64,000 nt of DNA from Octopus vulgaris (taxonomy: Eukaryota): contig OX597842.1 in assembly GCA_951406725.2 (NCBI GenBank), forward strand, positions 14,508,001 through 14,572,000. Reading direction: 5' to 3'. The translations under genes and the position numbers were made by a program. The first letter of the stretch is position 1; each line of letters opens with the position of its first letter. The notes beneath the pieces are model-generated. The model did not search any database and was not told the origin of the DNA. It saw only the letters and a program-made list of their open reading frames with translations. This document shows positions 1 through 14,435 of this stretch, one piece after another.

Positions 1-149
1 GAACATAAGAAAAAACTAAAATACACTTTACTTTTATCTTTATATTTTCTGTGGTAAATATTTGTAGAACATACGCTACACATTTTCAAATTATCTTTAA
101 AGTAATTGCTTTTCTAACAAGTAAACTTTTATAATGACTAACATAGTGC

Positions 150-2095
150 TTGAAGTAGACAATGTTCTTATTTTGCCCTTGGTTGCAGACAAGTGGTGAA
201 GATCTCACATTTGATATTTAGGATGTCGACTGGCAAGCTAAGACTTCATAGTTTTTATCTTACAGAATATTGCTTATTGTACTCTGTACCTTATATATCT
301 TCACCTTTGCAACTATACTCCACATAACAAGGTGTTCTACACCCACAACCCTTTAATTACCAGATCAATTTTGATTGTGAAATGATATGTTAGGCTTGCT
401 AGTCATCATCTTGTAGAGTAGATTTGATAATTGTGTTGTTATCAATTTTCATTAGTCAATTATTGAATTGTTTTGTCTTTATTTGTCCATTTCGTTGTAC
501 CTAGTTTTATTACACGTTCATACTATTATATATATAGAATTATAGCCAGATCTTTATATGTCGTCACTAATTACAATAATATTTATGTATTACTAATGCT
601 ACCGATTCACATATTAATGATAATTTAGAGCTCAGACATTCAAAGTTGATATTATTTCTGTGTGCATGCATTTTTGTATTGATGAGTTTTACGGTTGGCG
701 CTGTTGATTAATTGTTTGAATGATAGGCCATATTTTGGGCCACAACCGATTGTGCCCTTTGTTTATCCCCGCAAGAATCGATGCCAGATGAAGAAATAAT
801 TATAGTTATAAGTCATTTGCATTATTTGGTACCTTCATAACATCTATGTTAACTAAGACTAAAAGCGTTAGCGGTAATACATTTCGAAAACTACATAGAG
901 GTTCCTTTGTCTAGCTTCGTATCATTGTCACCATTGACCAATGAATGACTTTCTCACTGAGCCTACACCGCTGTCATATTGTTTCCGACGGCTTCGCCTG
1001 TAACCGTAGATTGAGTGAAAGATGGGTGATACGCTGAGCCAAAGAGCAGCTGTGTTTGCGCCAAAAAAGTATTCCCTTTTTTGACGTAATCCCTATATTT
1101 AAAGGCTGTTCCATTGTACAACGCCTCGTAACCTACCGAATAGTAGATTCTCACTCAAGATTTACACATTCACACACACATTCATAGCCATCCTTAATTC
1201 GAGCGAGTATGTCTTGGCAACACGTCTAATGCTTTTACTAATTGCTTCAGTTGCCTAAGTATTTCCGAGCAGACATAGATACTCTTTTATATCTCCAACC
1301 CTAACCCTAACCCAGCTGTCGCATCCAATACTTGACTGGTACACATTTACAGCTGAGTAGACTGGATCATTCCTGATCAACGTCCCAAACACCGAGCTTA
1401 GTTCAAGAACTGAACCAATCACATTATGATCGTGCAGCGACATGCTAATCACTGTGTCATATCTTTCACACACACTGAGGTACTACACGTAGAAACTGAT
1501 GCCAACAGCTCAAATGCAGCCCAAAACAATTTTCCCCTCTCATTAACAAGTCACAGGATCCACGCTCAAATCATATCCAGTGCTATGGCAGTTTTAACAG
1601 TCGTGAAACATCTCAGCTCAGATTTAATCTATTGGCTGAAGCTAAAGTCACAGAGATGGCAGAAAATGATAGAATATCATCAAATGCCTGACAAGAAATT
1701 CAAAGTTGTCTCTTGAATAAAGTCCAAAATCTTTTCACTCAAAAACATCTACAAATCAAAGGATTGTGGCAGCCTTAAAGAATACTCATCTGTTTTCTTT
1801 GGATCATGAAGGAAGTCACTTTTGAAGAAGAACATCACTATAGGAGAATGTAGATCCCGTGTATATCTAGGACGGAATTTAAAAGACATTTTTTTTCATT
1901 TTAGAACCAGAAAATATTTCAATCCTAACAACTTCCACATTTTTACGCTCAAGTAACCAAAGTAAGACCACTCTTTTTATTAACATTCCTTCAGTAATAT
2001 TAACCGCTATGTTTATTTCTTCATCCTCAGAACATCGGATTCCGGAATGTCCTCCATGTTCCTGGCTTCTTTCCGGCGGGAATTTATCTGTAATA
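150..2095 (-). pseudogene. Possible decayed long coding region, unidentified
   Basis: Non-repetitive sequence with successive stop-poor minus-strand frames (2095-1880 DKFPPERSQEHGGHSGIRC..., 1473-1255, 1154-963) separated by stops/frameshifts, one at an A8 run near 1890; possible acceptor ttacag near 2089. No family recognised. Confidence 0.25.
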
Positions 2096-2629
2096 ATTTA
2101 AACGGAGCATTACCATCATCACTCTCACCCATATCACCCATCCAGTGAAATTAATGAGCTCTACTCCTTCTTCAAAACGCAGAAAGTAAAATCAAGTGTG
2201 ATTTGAACTTAAAATACAAAGAGCTAGAAAATGTCCATACGAGACCCAGTCCCACATCTCTACACTTTGTCTAGTCCACTGGCCTCTTTAAGTACGCAGA
2301 AACTCCGTACGTTAAGGACGTCCTCGGCTAGATTTTTAAGTCAGAATACCGAATGCTAGATTAAATACCACTAGGTGTCACTCAACTCGACGGCCTGCAG
2401 GTTCGGCCAATTTTTGACTAAATTAAGAATTAAAATTAAGAAAATTTAAACTTTCTAAATAATATATATCGTATATTCACCATCTGCAGATATACGGATT
2501 TCTATTTAATTCAGACAATCCCAAATACGTACAGAAGCAAGTAAATTCGCGCTTGAATCGATCGAATATAGTATTGGAATATTTTATTTAAACAGGAAAC
2601 TTGAAATATTTATTGCCATATAACTTTTT

Positions 2630-2770
2630 CTACTGTAGGCACAAGACCCGCAATTTTGGAGGAAAGAGAGTCGATTAGATCGACCCTAGTACGTAAATGT
2701 TATTTAATTTATCGACTCAGAAAGGATGAAAGGCAAAGTCGACTTCGTCGGAATTTGAAGTCAGAACGAT
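2630..2770 (-). mobile_element. SINE family B fragment (tRNA head, Nin-type central domain)
   Basis: ttatcgactcagaaaggatgaaaggcaaagtcgacttcgtcggaatttgaagtcagaacg matches the copies at 49158-49329 and 59665-59853. Confidence 0.75.
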
Positions 2771-3018
2771 TAATGCAATATAATACAAATCCTTTATCTG
2801 AAATAATACTCAGGGAGAGTCGAACCCACTCTGTACAATCTAGGGTACTTTTCAGTTGAACAGTAACAGAGAGATCAGCTAAATCTTAAAGCTTAAAGTA
2901 TTTTGTAGAATTATAACTAATGTGTTTTTATTTCTAAAAGGTATCGGGTTTATGATATCAACCTAAATTTTACCGATGATGTCTTTAATAAAAATAATTT
3001 TCAGGAAGAAAACGAAAA

Positions 3019-3740
<722 letters not shown>

Positions 3741-4297
3741 TTAGTGTATGAATAATCTACTTCTAAATATACAATTACATGTGATATTCAATGATGTGAA
3801 TTAGCATCGATCTATCGATCTAGAAGTAATCACCGTACATAATGTGCATATCGTATTACACTCATATATGAATGCACTTCTTCAGACACAGACGCAAATA
3901 CATGCATTTGCTGAAAAGTTTCCTCCTCAATTCTCACCCTTTCCTATATGCCATATCTTATACATGGGGCTTCCCACTCTTTAACACACAATTACAGAAA
4001 GGTGGAGGATCATATAATCAAGTAAGGGACGATATTACAAATATGGAAATATATCAGCAATGATATACTATAAATAAAAACTGATTTGACTTACAGCGTT
4101 TCCAAACTGGTCAGGTTTCGGAAGGTTTCAGGTTTTATTTGATTCAGTTTATTAAACCTCAAATCCCTGGAACATAAAATTGATTTAAGATGAAAATTTA
4201 TGGAACAGGTGTTTGGAAGTATATAACATATTTCGAGTAAGGAATTAGACTATGGAAATCATGAAGAGTTGATTACGGTTTTTGGAAGTATATAACA

Positions 4298-5941
4298 CTA
4301 GCAGTATCGCCCGGCGTTGCTCGGGTTTGTAAGGGAAATAACTATATAAGCATTTTTAGAGAGTTATAGCCAAAAAATAGCAAAAAAATGCATAAAAAAT
4401 GGAAAAAAGTTAAGGTAAATTTTTTTAATAATTGACACATCGTTGATATTTTTAGAGAGTTACTTCCCTTATATAATAGCGAAAAATGCATTAAAATGGA
4501 AAAATATGATGGTAAATCTTTTTTAAATCGTAGACTCATCGTAGACCCGCGCTAATACCCAGAAGGGCTCGATATGGATCACGACTATAAGATACACGCT
4601 TTTGGTTAAACTGCACCGCAAAATGTGGGAGTAGTTACGAATCTAAATCGTAGGAGACAGCCACACAACTTCACTTTTATATATAAAGATATAAACCACG
4701 TAGTTATATACACATACTTTGTTATATACACATTCTTAAAAGAAAATGTTATTTTGAACACAACATTTATAAAGAATAAAATATTTTTTGGTTTTTCTTT
4801 TAAACGGATGAATACATTTATTAATAACTATATATAAGTGTCGTCTGTTTATACATAAACAGTGTTTCATACTGCAATTATATATACATATATCTATATA
4901 TAATATTATATAATAAAATACATACAGAATATGTGTATATATTTATGTATGTATAAATATATACTGAAAGAAGCTCGGCTCGCCAATTAATACTACCAAA
5001 ATTTAACGACAGAAAGTAAATTAAAAATCAATTTACCTTTTCTGTATTGTTATAAGCAATTCGACCGTCGGCGTGTTTTTGCAAATGTGTTCGAATGAGA
5101 AGTGAGTTGTGTTTGGCGCCTTTTTTACTAAGAACAAACACACACGTGTTTGTATGTAGTTGTTTGAAACGTTTGTGTTTGTCACTGTCATATATGTATG
5201 TGTATGCGTGTGTGTGAGGAATGGCAAACCAGATAGATAGCGCGCGAATTTCTTTTGAAGTTCGCGCTCCGCTTGTGTGTGTGTGTGTGTGTGCGTGATT
5301 TAGGTGTACGTAGGTATGTGTACTCTCTCTGTCTCTTTACACACACTAACAAAAGCACTTCACTTACACACCACACTTTCTGTGTCGCACAGCCCATCAA
5401 ACGCACACACACACTCACGCACGCACACATGTACATCAATGCTTTCGGAGTGAAATGTTAAAGTATTGAGTTTGCTCGAATTTTGTCTTAATTGGGGGTG
5501 AAATTGAAAGAAATTTTGTATGGCATGACCGAATGGAAGTACTTTGAAAAATCATAGGTAAACTCTAATTGAAGAAATTGTGTGAGGAGTAAATCGTTAT
5601 GTATTTCTTCGTTTCTGTTTGCTGTGTTTTTTTTTAGTAGTGGTTTAAGGTTATCTTGCAAAGAGAAAGTGGGAGAAATTGGGGTGATAGCGTGAGTGAA
5701 GCAGATCGCTCCGTTTTTGTGTGTGTGCGTGTGTGTGTGCTGTAGCCCACACTTAGAAGAGCACTTCACTTACACACCACAATGTGAGTTTTCTCTAAAT
5801 TTTGCTGAATTGGGGTTGAAATTTTAAAAACCGGAGCAGGCACGACCCGATGCATTCTACTCTTAAAAATGCTACGCAAATTGTAATTGAAGAAATCCTA
5901 TATTGTAGATTTCTATAAAATCTGCCTTTTATAATAAGAGA
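4298..5941 (-). mobile_element. Non-autonomous Helitron (composite)
   Basis: Minus strand starts TCTCTTATTATAAAA (5941) and ends AACCCGAGCAACGCCGGGCGATACTGCTAG (CCCG/CGGG hairpin plus CTAG, 4298); inserted between A and T with no TSD; second internal 5' end TCTTTATATATAAAAG at 4689. Confidence 0.85.
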
Positions 5942-6492
5942 TATTTCCACTAAAGAATTAGACTATGGAAATCATGAAGAGTTGATTACGGTTCTGTTGA
6001 AATTGATAATGACGATGATGGTAATGTTCAAGTCGGTGCAACTAACTGCGGTTGTCTATGGTATTGAATAAAGTTGATGATGAACCTGACAATGTTGACG
6101 GCTGAAAGAAAGAATAGTGTTGGAGAGAATAGTCTCGGTAATAATGATGGGAACGAAGAACGTTTCGGGGACCACTACTCTAGGATGATCATGAAGCAAG
6201 CAAGCGTGTGTTTATGCACGCACGTGTGTATGTAAGCATGTGTGTATGTATGTGTGTTTCTGTAAGCGTGTGTGTAACTCAATACTTGAACATGAAGAAC
6301 GAAGAATATTACATCTTCATAATTTATTTGTTGAAGCATTTTCTTCATATTACATTCATTGGTTAATCAGTCCAAGATTTCCTCAGGGTGCTAAAAAGTA
6401 CCTGCTCGGATTTCAAATCCCTATTCCATTACGTTACATATGTGTGTGTGTGTGGCTTTGTGGATATATGTATGTATATGCATATGTATATA

Positions 6493-7382
6493 CGAGGGGA
6501 TACACAAAGGTAACCGTAAATGTTCTCTGTAAGACAAACCCGTTGTAGTTCAGGTTTCCGTCGCTAAACTCCACTTGATGCGACTGTCAGGCATCAGTCA
6601 GCCAACCGGCGTTATCCGGTAGTGTTGTACTGGCGCGTAGTTCGTCTTTGTTTTGACGTGTTTCTGCTCAGTTCGTATGTTTTTTGCAATGGCTGGAACG
6701 AAGGAAAATTGTGCTTCTGTGAAATTCTGTTTACTGCTGCTGAAAACTGCAGATGAAACAATTCTCATGCATCCCCTCACAAGGATGATGTAATGGGCAA
6801 AGCACAAGTTTATTAATGGTTTTCACGATTTAGGAATGGTCACTTGTTGATTGAAAACCAACCTCATTCATGACAACGATCGATCACCCGAACATCATGA
6901 AAATTCATGATCTGATCCTGGAGGATCGTCACTGAGCAATTGATGAACTTGTTGACATGTCGGTTTTGCCCTGGAGCTCCTGCCAATGAATTTTGTGCGA
7001 GGAATTGTGAATGAAAAGCGTTCCAGCAAAATCTATGCCTCGTTTGCTAATGGAATGTCAAAAACAGTCACGGCTGAATGCGTGTCGTGAGCTAGAAGAA
7101 CAGCTATGAGGTAATCCGAAAGTGTTTTCGAAGGTCATCACTGGTGACGAAAGCTGGTGCTACGGAATTTGAAGATGTTGAAGTAAGGAAAGAAAACGTT
7201 GGGGGCGTTAAAAAGCATCACTTCGGAATAGGTCCAACACTGATTCCAGTAGCTGAAAAGGCGACTGGAACGATGCATTGATTAAAATGGAGAATACTTC
7301 GAACACAATAAAAGTGTAAATATGTAAAACTAAGTGAATAATATATTATATCAAAATTACGTTTCTTTTGGGCACCCCCTCG
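6493..7382 (+). mobile_element. Internally deleted mariner (Tc1/mariner) transposon
   Basis: TA|CGAGGGG...CCCCCTCG|TA imperfect TIRs with TA flanks; decayed transposase with VY*WFSRFRNG HTH region and VITGDESWCYG first catalytic Asp (~7134-7166); C-terminal catalytic region largely deleted. Confidence 0.88.
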
Positions 7383-7445
7383 TATGTATGTACACAGAAT
7401 CGGCTAAGGCCGAGCTGCCCTGGGATTTTTAATACCTAAAATAGA

Positions 7446-7545
7446 NNNNNNNNNNNNNNNNNNNNNNNNNNNNNNNNNNNNNNNNNNNNNNNNNNNNNNN
7501 NNNNNNNNNNNNNNNNNNNNNNNNNNNNNNNNNNNNNNNNNNNNN
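7446..7545. other. Assembly gap (100 N)
   Basis: Run of N. Confidence 1.
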
Positions 7546-7585
7546 AACATACACACCCACATATATATATATATATACATATATA

Positions 7586-7741
7586 CTACGGGCTTCTTTC
7601 AGTTTCCGTCTACCAAATCCACTCACAAGGCTTTGGTCGGCCCGAGGCTATAGTAGAAGACACTTGCCCAAGGTGCCACGCAGTTGGACTGAACCCGGAA
7701 CCATGTGGTTTGTAAGCAAGCTACTTACCATACAGCCACTT
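7586..7741 (-). mobile_element. SINE family A, 5' part
   Basis: Reverse complement of the head of the full copy at 28134 (B-box-like gggttcagtcc, ccttgggcaagtgtc). Confidence 0.85.
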
Positions 7742-7767
7742 CTATATATATAATTTTATTCCTTTTA

Positions 7768-7932
7768 ATGGAGCACCACCTTTTGTCGAAGAAATCGACC
7801 TCAGGCTTATTCTTTATAACTTAGTCTGTCGGTCTATTTTCCCGAACCGCTAAATTATGGGGACGTAAACATACCAACATCGTTTGTCTAGCGATGGTGG
7901 GAGCACAAACGCAGACACAACCACACAGACAT

Positions 7933-7970
<38 letters not shown>

Positions 7971-8135
7971 GACGGGATTCTCTCAGTTTCCGCCTACAGA
8001 ACCTACCCACAAGGCTATGGTGGACTCGAGAGTATAGTAGATGATACTGGTGTAAGGTGCCACGCAGTGGGACTGAATCCGGGACCTTTTGGTTGCGAGG
8101 CAATTTTCCTTATGACACAGCCACTCATGCGTGCA
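7768..8135 (-). mobile_element. SINE family A, degenerate
   Basis: Similar to 28134-28558, including the internal TA/CA microsatellite. Confidence 0.75.
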
Positions 8136-8206
<71 letters not shown>

Positions 8207-8223
8207 ATATATGTATATATATA

Positions 8224-8495
8224 GGCGCAGGTAACAGGTTCAGTCCCACTGTATTGCACCTTGGGCAGGTCGGACAAACAAATCCTTGTGAGTGGATCTG
8301 ATAGACGGAAACTGAAAGAGCCCTGTCATATTGTTGTGTTTACGTCCCCGTAACTTAGCTGTTCGGCAAAAGGACCCGATACAATAAGTACTAGACTTAC
8401 AAAGAATAAGTCCTGGGGTCGATTTGTTTGACTTAAGCCGGTGCTCCAGCCTGGCCGCTGTCAAATGGCTGAAACAAGTAAAAGAATAAAAGAAT
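8224..8495 (+). mobile_element. SINE family A, internally deleted
   Basis: ggcgcagg start, gttcagtccc, acggaaactgaaag, 3' end ctgaaacaagtaaaagaataaaag. Confidence 0.8.
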
Positions 8496-8654
8496 ATATA
8501 TGTATAATGTTGTAAAGTGACACACGAGTTGATGTGTTCAAGGAAAATAAGACAACGAAGAAAATTCTAAAAAATGTTATCATGAAATTCAATTTGTAAC
8601 AGTTAGTACTTGTTTCTGTCTTTTCGACATATTTTGACTAAGAGTAAAATATAG

Positions 8655-9070
8655 GTTCTCTTATTCTTTAAATTGTTTCAGTCATTTGGCTGCGGCCGTG
8701 CTGGAGCACCGCCTTTAGTCGAGCAAATCGATCCCAGCACTTAACCTTTGTTAGCCTAGTACTTATTCTATCAGTTTCTTTTGCCAAACCACTAAGTTAC
8801 GGGGACGTAAACACACCAGTATCAGTTGTCAATCGATATTGGAGGTACAAACCCACAAACACACACACATACATACACACGCACACACACAAACACACAC
8901 ATATATATATACACACGCACACACACACGCACACACATATATACACGGCAGGCCTCTTTCAGTTTCCGTCCACCAAATCCACTCACAAGGCTTTGGTCGG
9001 CACGAGGCTATAGTAGAAGAGATTTTCCCAAGGTGCCACGCAGTGGGACTGAACATGGAACCACGTGTTG
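8655..9070 (-). mobile_element. SINE family A
   Basis: Near full-length reverse match to 28134-28558. Confidence 0.85.
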
Positions 9071-9393
9071 TTAGGGTATAAATTAAGAAGAAAAAAAATT
9101 AAATCGAAGCAAAAATTAAATTAAATGAAGAGAAAGTGAGAGAAGAAAGGAAATGTCTTACCTATTTGAAGATTATGAAAATATTTGCAAAAAACATTTC
9201 CTTTAATTTTTCTTCGATTTAATTGGCTTTCTTGATTAATATTCACCTGTTTTTACTCTTAGCTGAAAAAGTCGAAAAGACAGAAAGCGGTGCAAAATAT
9301 ATTTCAAAATATATTTCATGATAAAGATATTCTTTGCATTTTCTACCTTATCTTATTTTCCTTATGTCTGTCTGTCCCCCCTCTCTCTCTCCC

Positions 9394-9433
<40 letters not shown>

Positions 9434-10118
9434 CATATATATAGATGTGTTGGTGTGTGTGTGTGTGTATGTGTGTATACTGTCGTGTCCAGATGAGTCG
9501 TATTGTTTTAATACATTATATTCTAACACACACACATGTTTGATTTCCACTCATTCATTATTTATAATTTTTCTTCTAAAATGTTGCAAAAGCAACGAAA
9601 ATTATAGAATTAATGGCTATTAATTAAATAGAATGAATTCTAGGTTCCGCGTGGTCACAAATAATATTTAACTTCAGTTCTTTTCTTTTCCTTTCATCTA
9701 TCAATCTTTCACTCTTTCTTAAAAGTTCACAAGCAGAAATAATCTTTTTAATCGTTACTTTTTAATTTTTAGCTCTTAATTTTTCACAGTTAATTTTCAA
9801 TGTATTCTCTTAACTTACGAATCTGTTTCTAACATTTTATTTCTCCTTACTGACCACTAAACTAAAGTTAGATATTCTTTCTCACCATGCTGACCCTAGA
9901 ATCCATATAATTAATTACCCCCCTTCTCCACTTTACCAGAACTGGCTCCTCAACCCGGACCAAGAATAATTCAGGTCTCTTTCCTCTTATCTTTATCCTT
10001 ATTTTTATTTTTATTTTCTCATTTTTGTTTCTACTTTCACTCTCATTCTTTTCAACACGTATCCTCCTCCTTTCTTTTCTTTCTTTTCTCTCTTCACTCC
10101 CAACCCTCTTCTCACTGA

Positions 10119-10154
<36 letters not shown>

Positions 10155-10239
10155 TATACCTTCACGTGGCTCATTTTCCCACAAGCTAACCACTAAGTCT
10201 ATTCCTTCAATCTGAACGCAACATTCAAAATACAGTCGG

Positions 10240-10700
10240 GATTTATCTGGCATTATACTTAAGGACCTATACCTTCACGGAACTACGGACTAATCTCCAT
10301 ACACTCCAGAACAAGATGAGCTCTGAAATTTATTCTCCTGTCTTTATTCTTCTGTCTACAGCTTTATTCTTTTATACACCGTGAATTCCCTGTCTGGAAC
10401 TTTCCAAAATATGCACCTTGTCTCCAATGACAGAATTCCAAGATACTGACACGTCATGTGGGATATCCCTAAAACAGCTGTAAGGCATTAATTACTTCTA
10501 CTTCACCTTATTCTAGTTAAAATTCTAAATGACCTGAGATACTCGTCCTGCCTCGGTTTTGTTGTCCATTTGACCTTAATATATAACAGCTAACTTGGAA
10601 GCCTACTACGGATCCCTAGCTCCAGCCTCAGCAGTGAACTTGGAACCTAACGGATGACCAATTATAGCACTTATACAGCGTAGCTATTCGTTTACGAACT
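10240..10700 (+). repeat. Dispersed repeat family H with a degenerate hammerhead-like motif
   Basis: Homologous to 11980-12482, 18330-18800 and 36100-36565 (shared cggatccctagctccagcctcag block and gggatatcc..aaacagctgta). Confidence 0.65.
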
Positions 10701-10726
10701 ATACACTATATGCTCTCTCTCTCTCT

Positions 10727-10771
<45 letters not shown>

Positions 10772-10784
10772 CATATATATATAT

Positions 10785-10881
<97 letters not shown>

Positions 10882-11534
10882 TGCGTATACATGTATTTGT
10901 TTTAAGAAGTGCAGTCGGATTTCATATTTATCCTTCGTAACAACTACGTAAATAATCTTCCCCAATCTATTAACCCCAAATTGTAATGTTATGAGTGGGA
11001 TTTTTTGCTATTCATTTTATTCTTCCTTTTAGATTCACTCCTTAACTCCCACCGCAACTCTTCTTGCTCAATAAAAGATTTACTTTAAAAGTTTGATATT
11101 TTTGAGACGTAATTTTCTTTTATGCAATTGCGACTGTCTTTTGTATTTTATCAATACATCGACCAACCCACATACACATACATACGTTGTATGAATTTCT
11201 GTATGTATGTATGTATGTATGTATGTATGTATGTATGTATGTATGTATGTATGTATGTATGTGTGTACGTGTGAGTGTTTGTATGTATATCTGTGTGTAT
11301 GTTTAAGTGTTCGTGTGTACTTGCCATGACCCAGTTTGTGTATACATAACATACACGCATCTAACCTTTATTGTATTAGAGAACAAACGAAATAGTAAAA
11401 TCTTTCAAACTCTTTCTTTACATCTTGGTTACGCCCAACAAACCTCCTGCTTTACACAAACATATGTATACATTATATATGTGGGTGTATGTATTTATGT
11501 ACCTATCTATCTATCTATCTATCTATCTACCTAC

Positions 11535-11568
<34 letters not shown>

Positions 11569-11579
11569 GTCTATCAATA

Positions 11580-11625
<46 letters not shown>

Positions 11626-11817
11626 CCTACCTATGTATGTATGAATGTATAAATATATACATATATACATATGTATTTATGTATATACGTATATAAATAT
11701 ATGTATATATGTATTTATATATATATATATATCAATATCTGTGTATCTATCTAACTACCTATTTATGTATATATGTATAAATATATACATATATTCATAT
11801 GTATTTATGTATATACG

Positions 11818-11919
<102 letters not shown>

Positions 11920-11979
11920 CATGCATACATATATATATACATACACACTCATACATTGCCAAAATACCATCTGGATTTA

Positions 11980-12482
11980 CCTTGAATTATACTTAAGTGA
12001 CTATATCTTCACGGAAGTACGAACCAACATCCATACCGCAAGAAGATGAGTCGTGAACGTTACACTACTATCTGTATTCTTCTACCTACAGTTTTACTCT
12101 TTATTCTTCTCTCTGGTATTCTATTCCTCTTATAAACCGTGCATTCCCTGTGCAGAACATTCATATGTACTCACCTTGACTTTGATGTACGGTCACGCTA
12201 GCCAATCACTTGGGATATCCCAGAAACAGCTGTACGGCATCAAATAGTTCAATACTTAACTATTTAATTGCTTAATTACTTCACATTCACCTTGCTCTAA
12301 TTAAATATTTTAAATGACCTGACATACTCGTCCAGTTTTGGTTTTTGTTGTCCTTTTTCCTCTAATATATACCTGCTGAATCGGAAGCCTAATACGGGTC
12401 CCTAGATCCAGCCTCAGCTATGAACGTGGTACATAACGGATGACCAATTATAGCAATTAATCAGCGTACCTGTTTGTTTAGA
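11980..12482 (+). repeat. Dispersed repeat family H, copy 2
   Basis: Colinear with 10240-10700; contains tgggatatcccaGAAACAGCTGTA. Confidence 0.65.
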
Positions 12483-12538
12483 TCATCAGTGAACTAAACA
12501 CCCTTAGTGAATATTCTGTATAAATATTCTGTATACAC

Positions 12539-12625
<87 letters not shown>

Positions 12626-13614
12626 CATATATATATATACATACATAAATATATATATATATATACATACATATTAAATAACGTTTAATGTTTTCCTTTT
12701 AGGTGAAACTCTGCTAACTAGCTGCCTCATTTAATTAAATAAAGCACACTCTCACACACACATAAATACATTTGTACACCTGTATATATGCAACTATCAA
12801 TCTATGTCCAATATTCCTGGGTCGTGTGTGTAGAGTCCTGAGTTATCTCCTCCACACGTTCCAATCAGAAGGCACCGCCATTACACTTTCCGGTTGGATT
12901 CCCTTGATTGGCAAACTAATATTCTCCAAACAACTCGCTGTTGGTCTACCCCTATACAGCCTGTCGTTTGGTTCGGGTTGAGGAATCCGTTTTGCACCTA
13001 ATTTCTTAAACATCCTAATTCCTAATCCCATGACCATTGTACCGGAAGTATATACACCTTGTGGGGAAAACTAAAGATTCGACTTGGGGAAATTTCCAGA
13101 TATTCGAACTACGTTCAGTGTCACGCAAGTATATATATATATATACATATATATATATAAAACTGAAATGCGTTTTTACCGCTTGGATCGCTTTCAATGC
13201 CACTATGACACGTCCAATTCGCTCCAAAATTTACAGGGACATGTAGAATGAGGTGACGATGCCACTGGGCTACCTTAGAAATCCCTATCTTAAAAGGTGT
13301 GGTTTCTAGGGGCCATCTTCTTCACTCACGCTATCTCCTCCTTTCCCTCTCTTACTCCCCTTCATTTAGTCCACCCCCGTTATTTAATGTAAGCACATTT
13401 TCACTCACTCTATCTGTTAGCTTCCCATAATTTTTACTCATGTATCTCTATACAGAGATACAAATATTCCATCGCCATCGCCACCGCATTCTATTGTCTA
13501 CCTGTCAACGCGCCCATCGACCAAATACAAACAGAACACACCAACGAGCGTTTATATACATGTGTGTGTGTGTGTGTGTTATATATATATAAATATGTAT
13601 ATATAATGTATAAG

Positions 13615-14435
13615 GATGCCCAGAAACTCCCATACTCCCTTCCTTCAGGTGAAACTCCCGTGGCATCCAACAACATCAGAGACTTGGGAGTAATTGTGGA
13701 CAACAACATAAGCTGGGCCACTCATATAAACACCAAAGTTGACATGGCCCGCAGAATGTGTTCCTGGATTCTCAGAACTTTCCAGTCGAGAGATATCCAC
13801 ACCATTATCCTTCTCTTCTCCACTTTTGCCCGACCCCACCTTGAATACTGTTGTCCACTGTGGTCTCCCCACACAAAACAAAGTATCATAAAAGTTGAAG
13901 CACCCCAAAGGGCAATCACAAAAAAGATAGATGGCATGACAGGCCTCGACTATTGGGGTCAACTAGAAAAGCTAAAACTTTATTCTCTCCAACGTCGTCG
14001 TGAGCGCTACATCATCTGCATGATGTGGAAAATATTCCATCAGCATTGCCCAAATGATGTTGGCATCACCTTTAAGGTACATCCAATGCTTGGGCCCCGT
14101 GCCATCCACCCAAAACAAAAATCGCACTCTCATCTCATAACAACAATACGGCACAATTATTTCACCTCAATTGGACCCCGCTCTCTTTAACATTACACCA
14201 AAACACATTAAAACAGAAACAGACCCTATAGGGTTCAAGAAGTCTTTGGACAGATTCCTTCAAGAAATCCCGGATAAACCACCCACACCCGGATATGTCT
14301 CTGTAAACAATAACTCTCTACTTGAGTGGGCCATAGTGCCCAAATTCTGACTTGAAAGACTTCATCAGGTGGTGCTATTAAGTTAGACATGGCCTGGGCC
14401 AATAATGGCCGAAATCTATCAAAGTATCAAAGTAT
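13615..14435 (+). mobile_element. 5'-truncated CR1-clade LINE (RT C-terminus, 3'UTR, tail)
   Basis: RDLGVIVD, RPHLEYCCPLWSP, LKLYSLQRRRER; frameshift near 14180 into FKKSLDRFL...IPD; ends in a (tatcaaag)2 tail; absent from duplication copy 2. Confidence 0.9.

Noticed and set aside
1297-1313. Telomere-like aaccctaaccctaaccc
   Set aside because: Fewer than three units; compatible with chance
12690-13130. Solo LTR or coding exon in the duplicated block
   Set aside because: No convincing TG...CA pair with TSD; the short minus ORF is disrupted by indels in the paralog at 32230-32680
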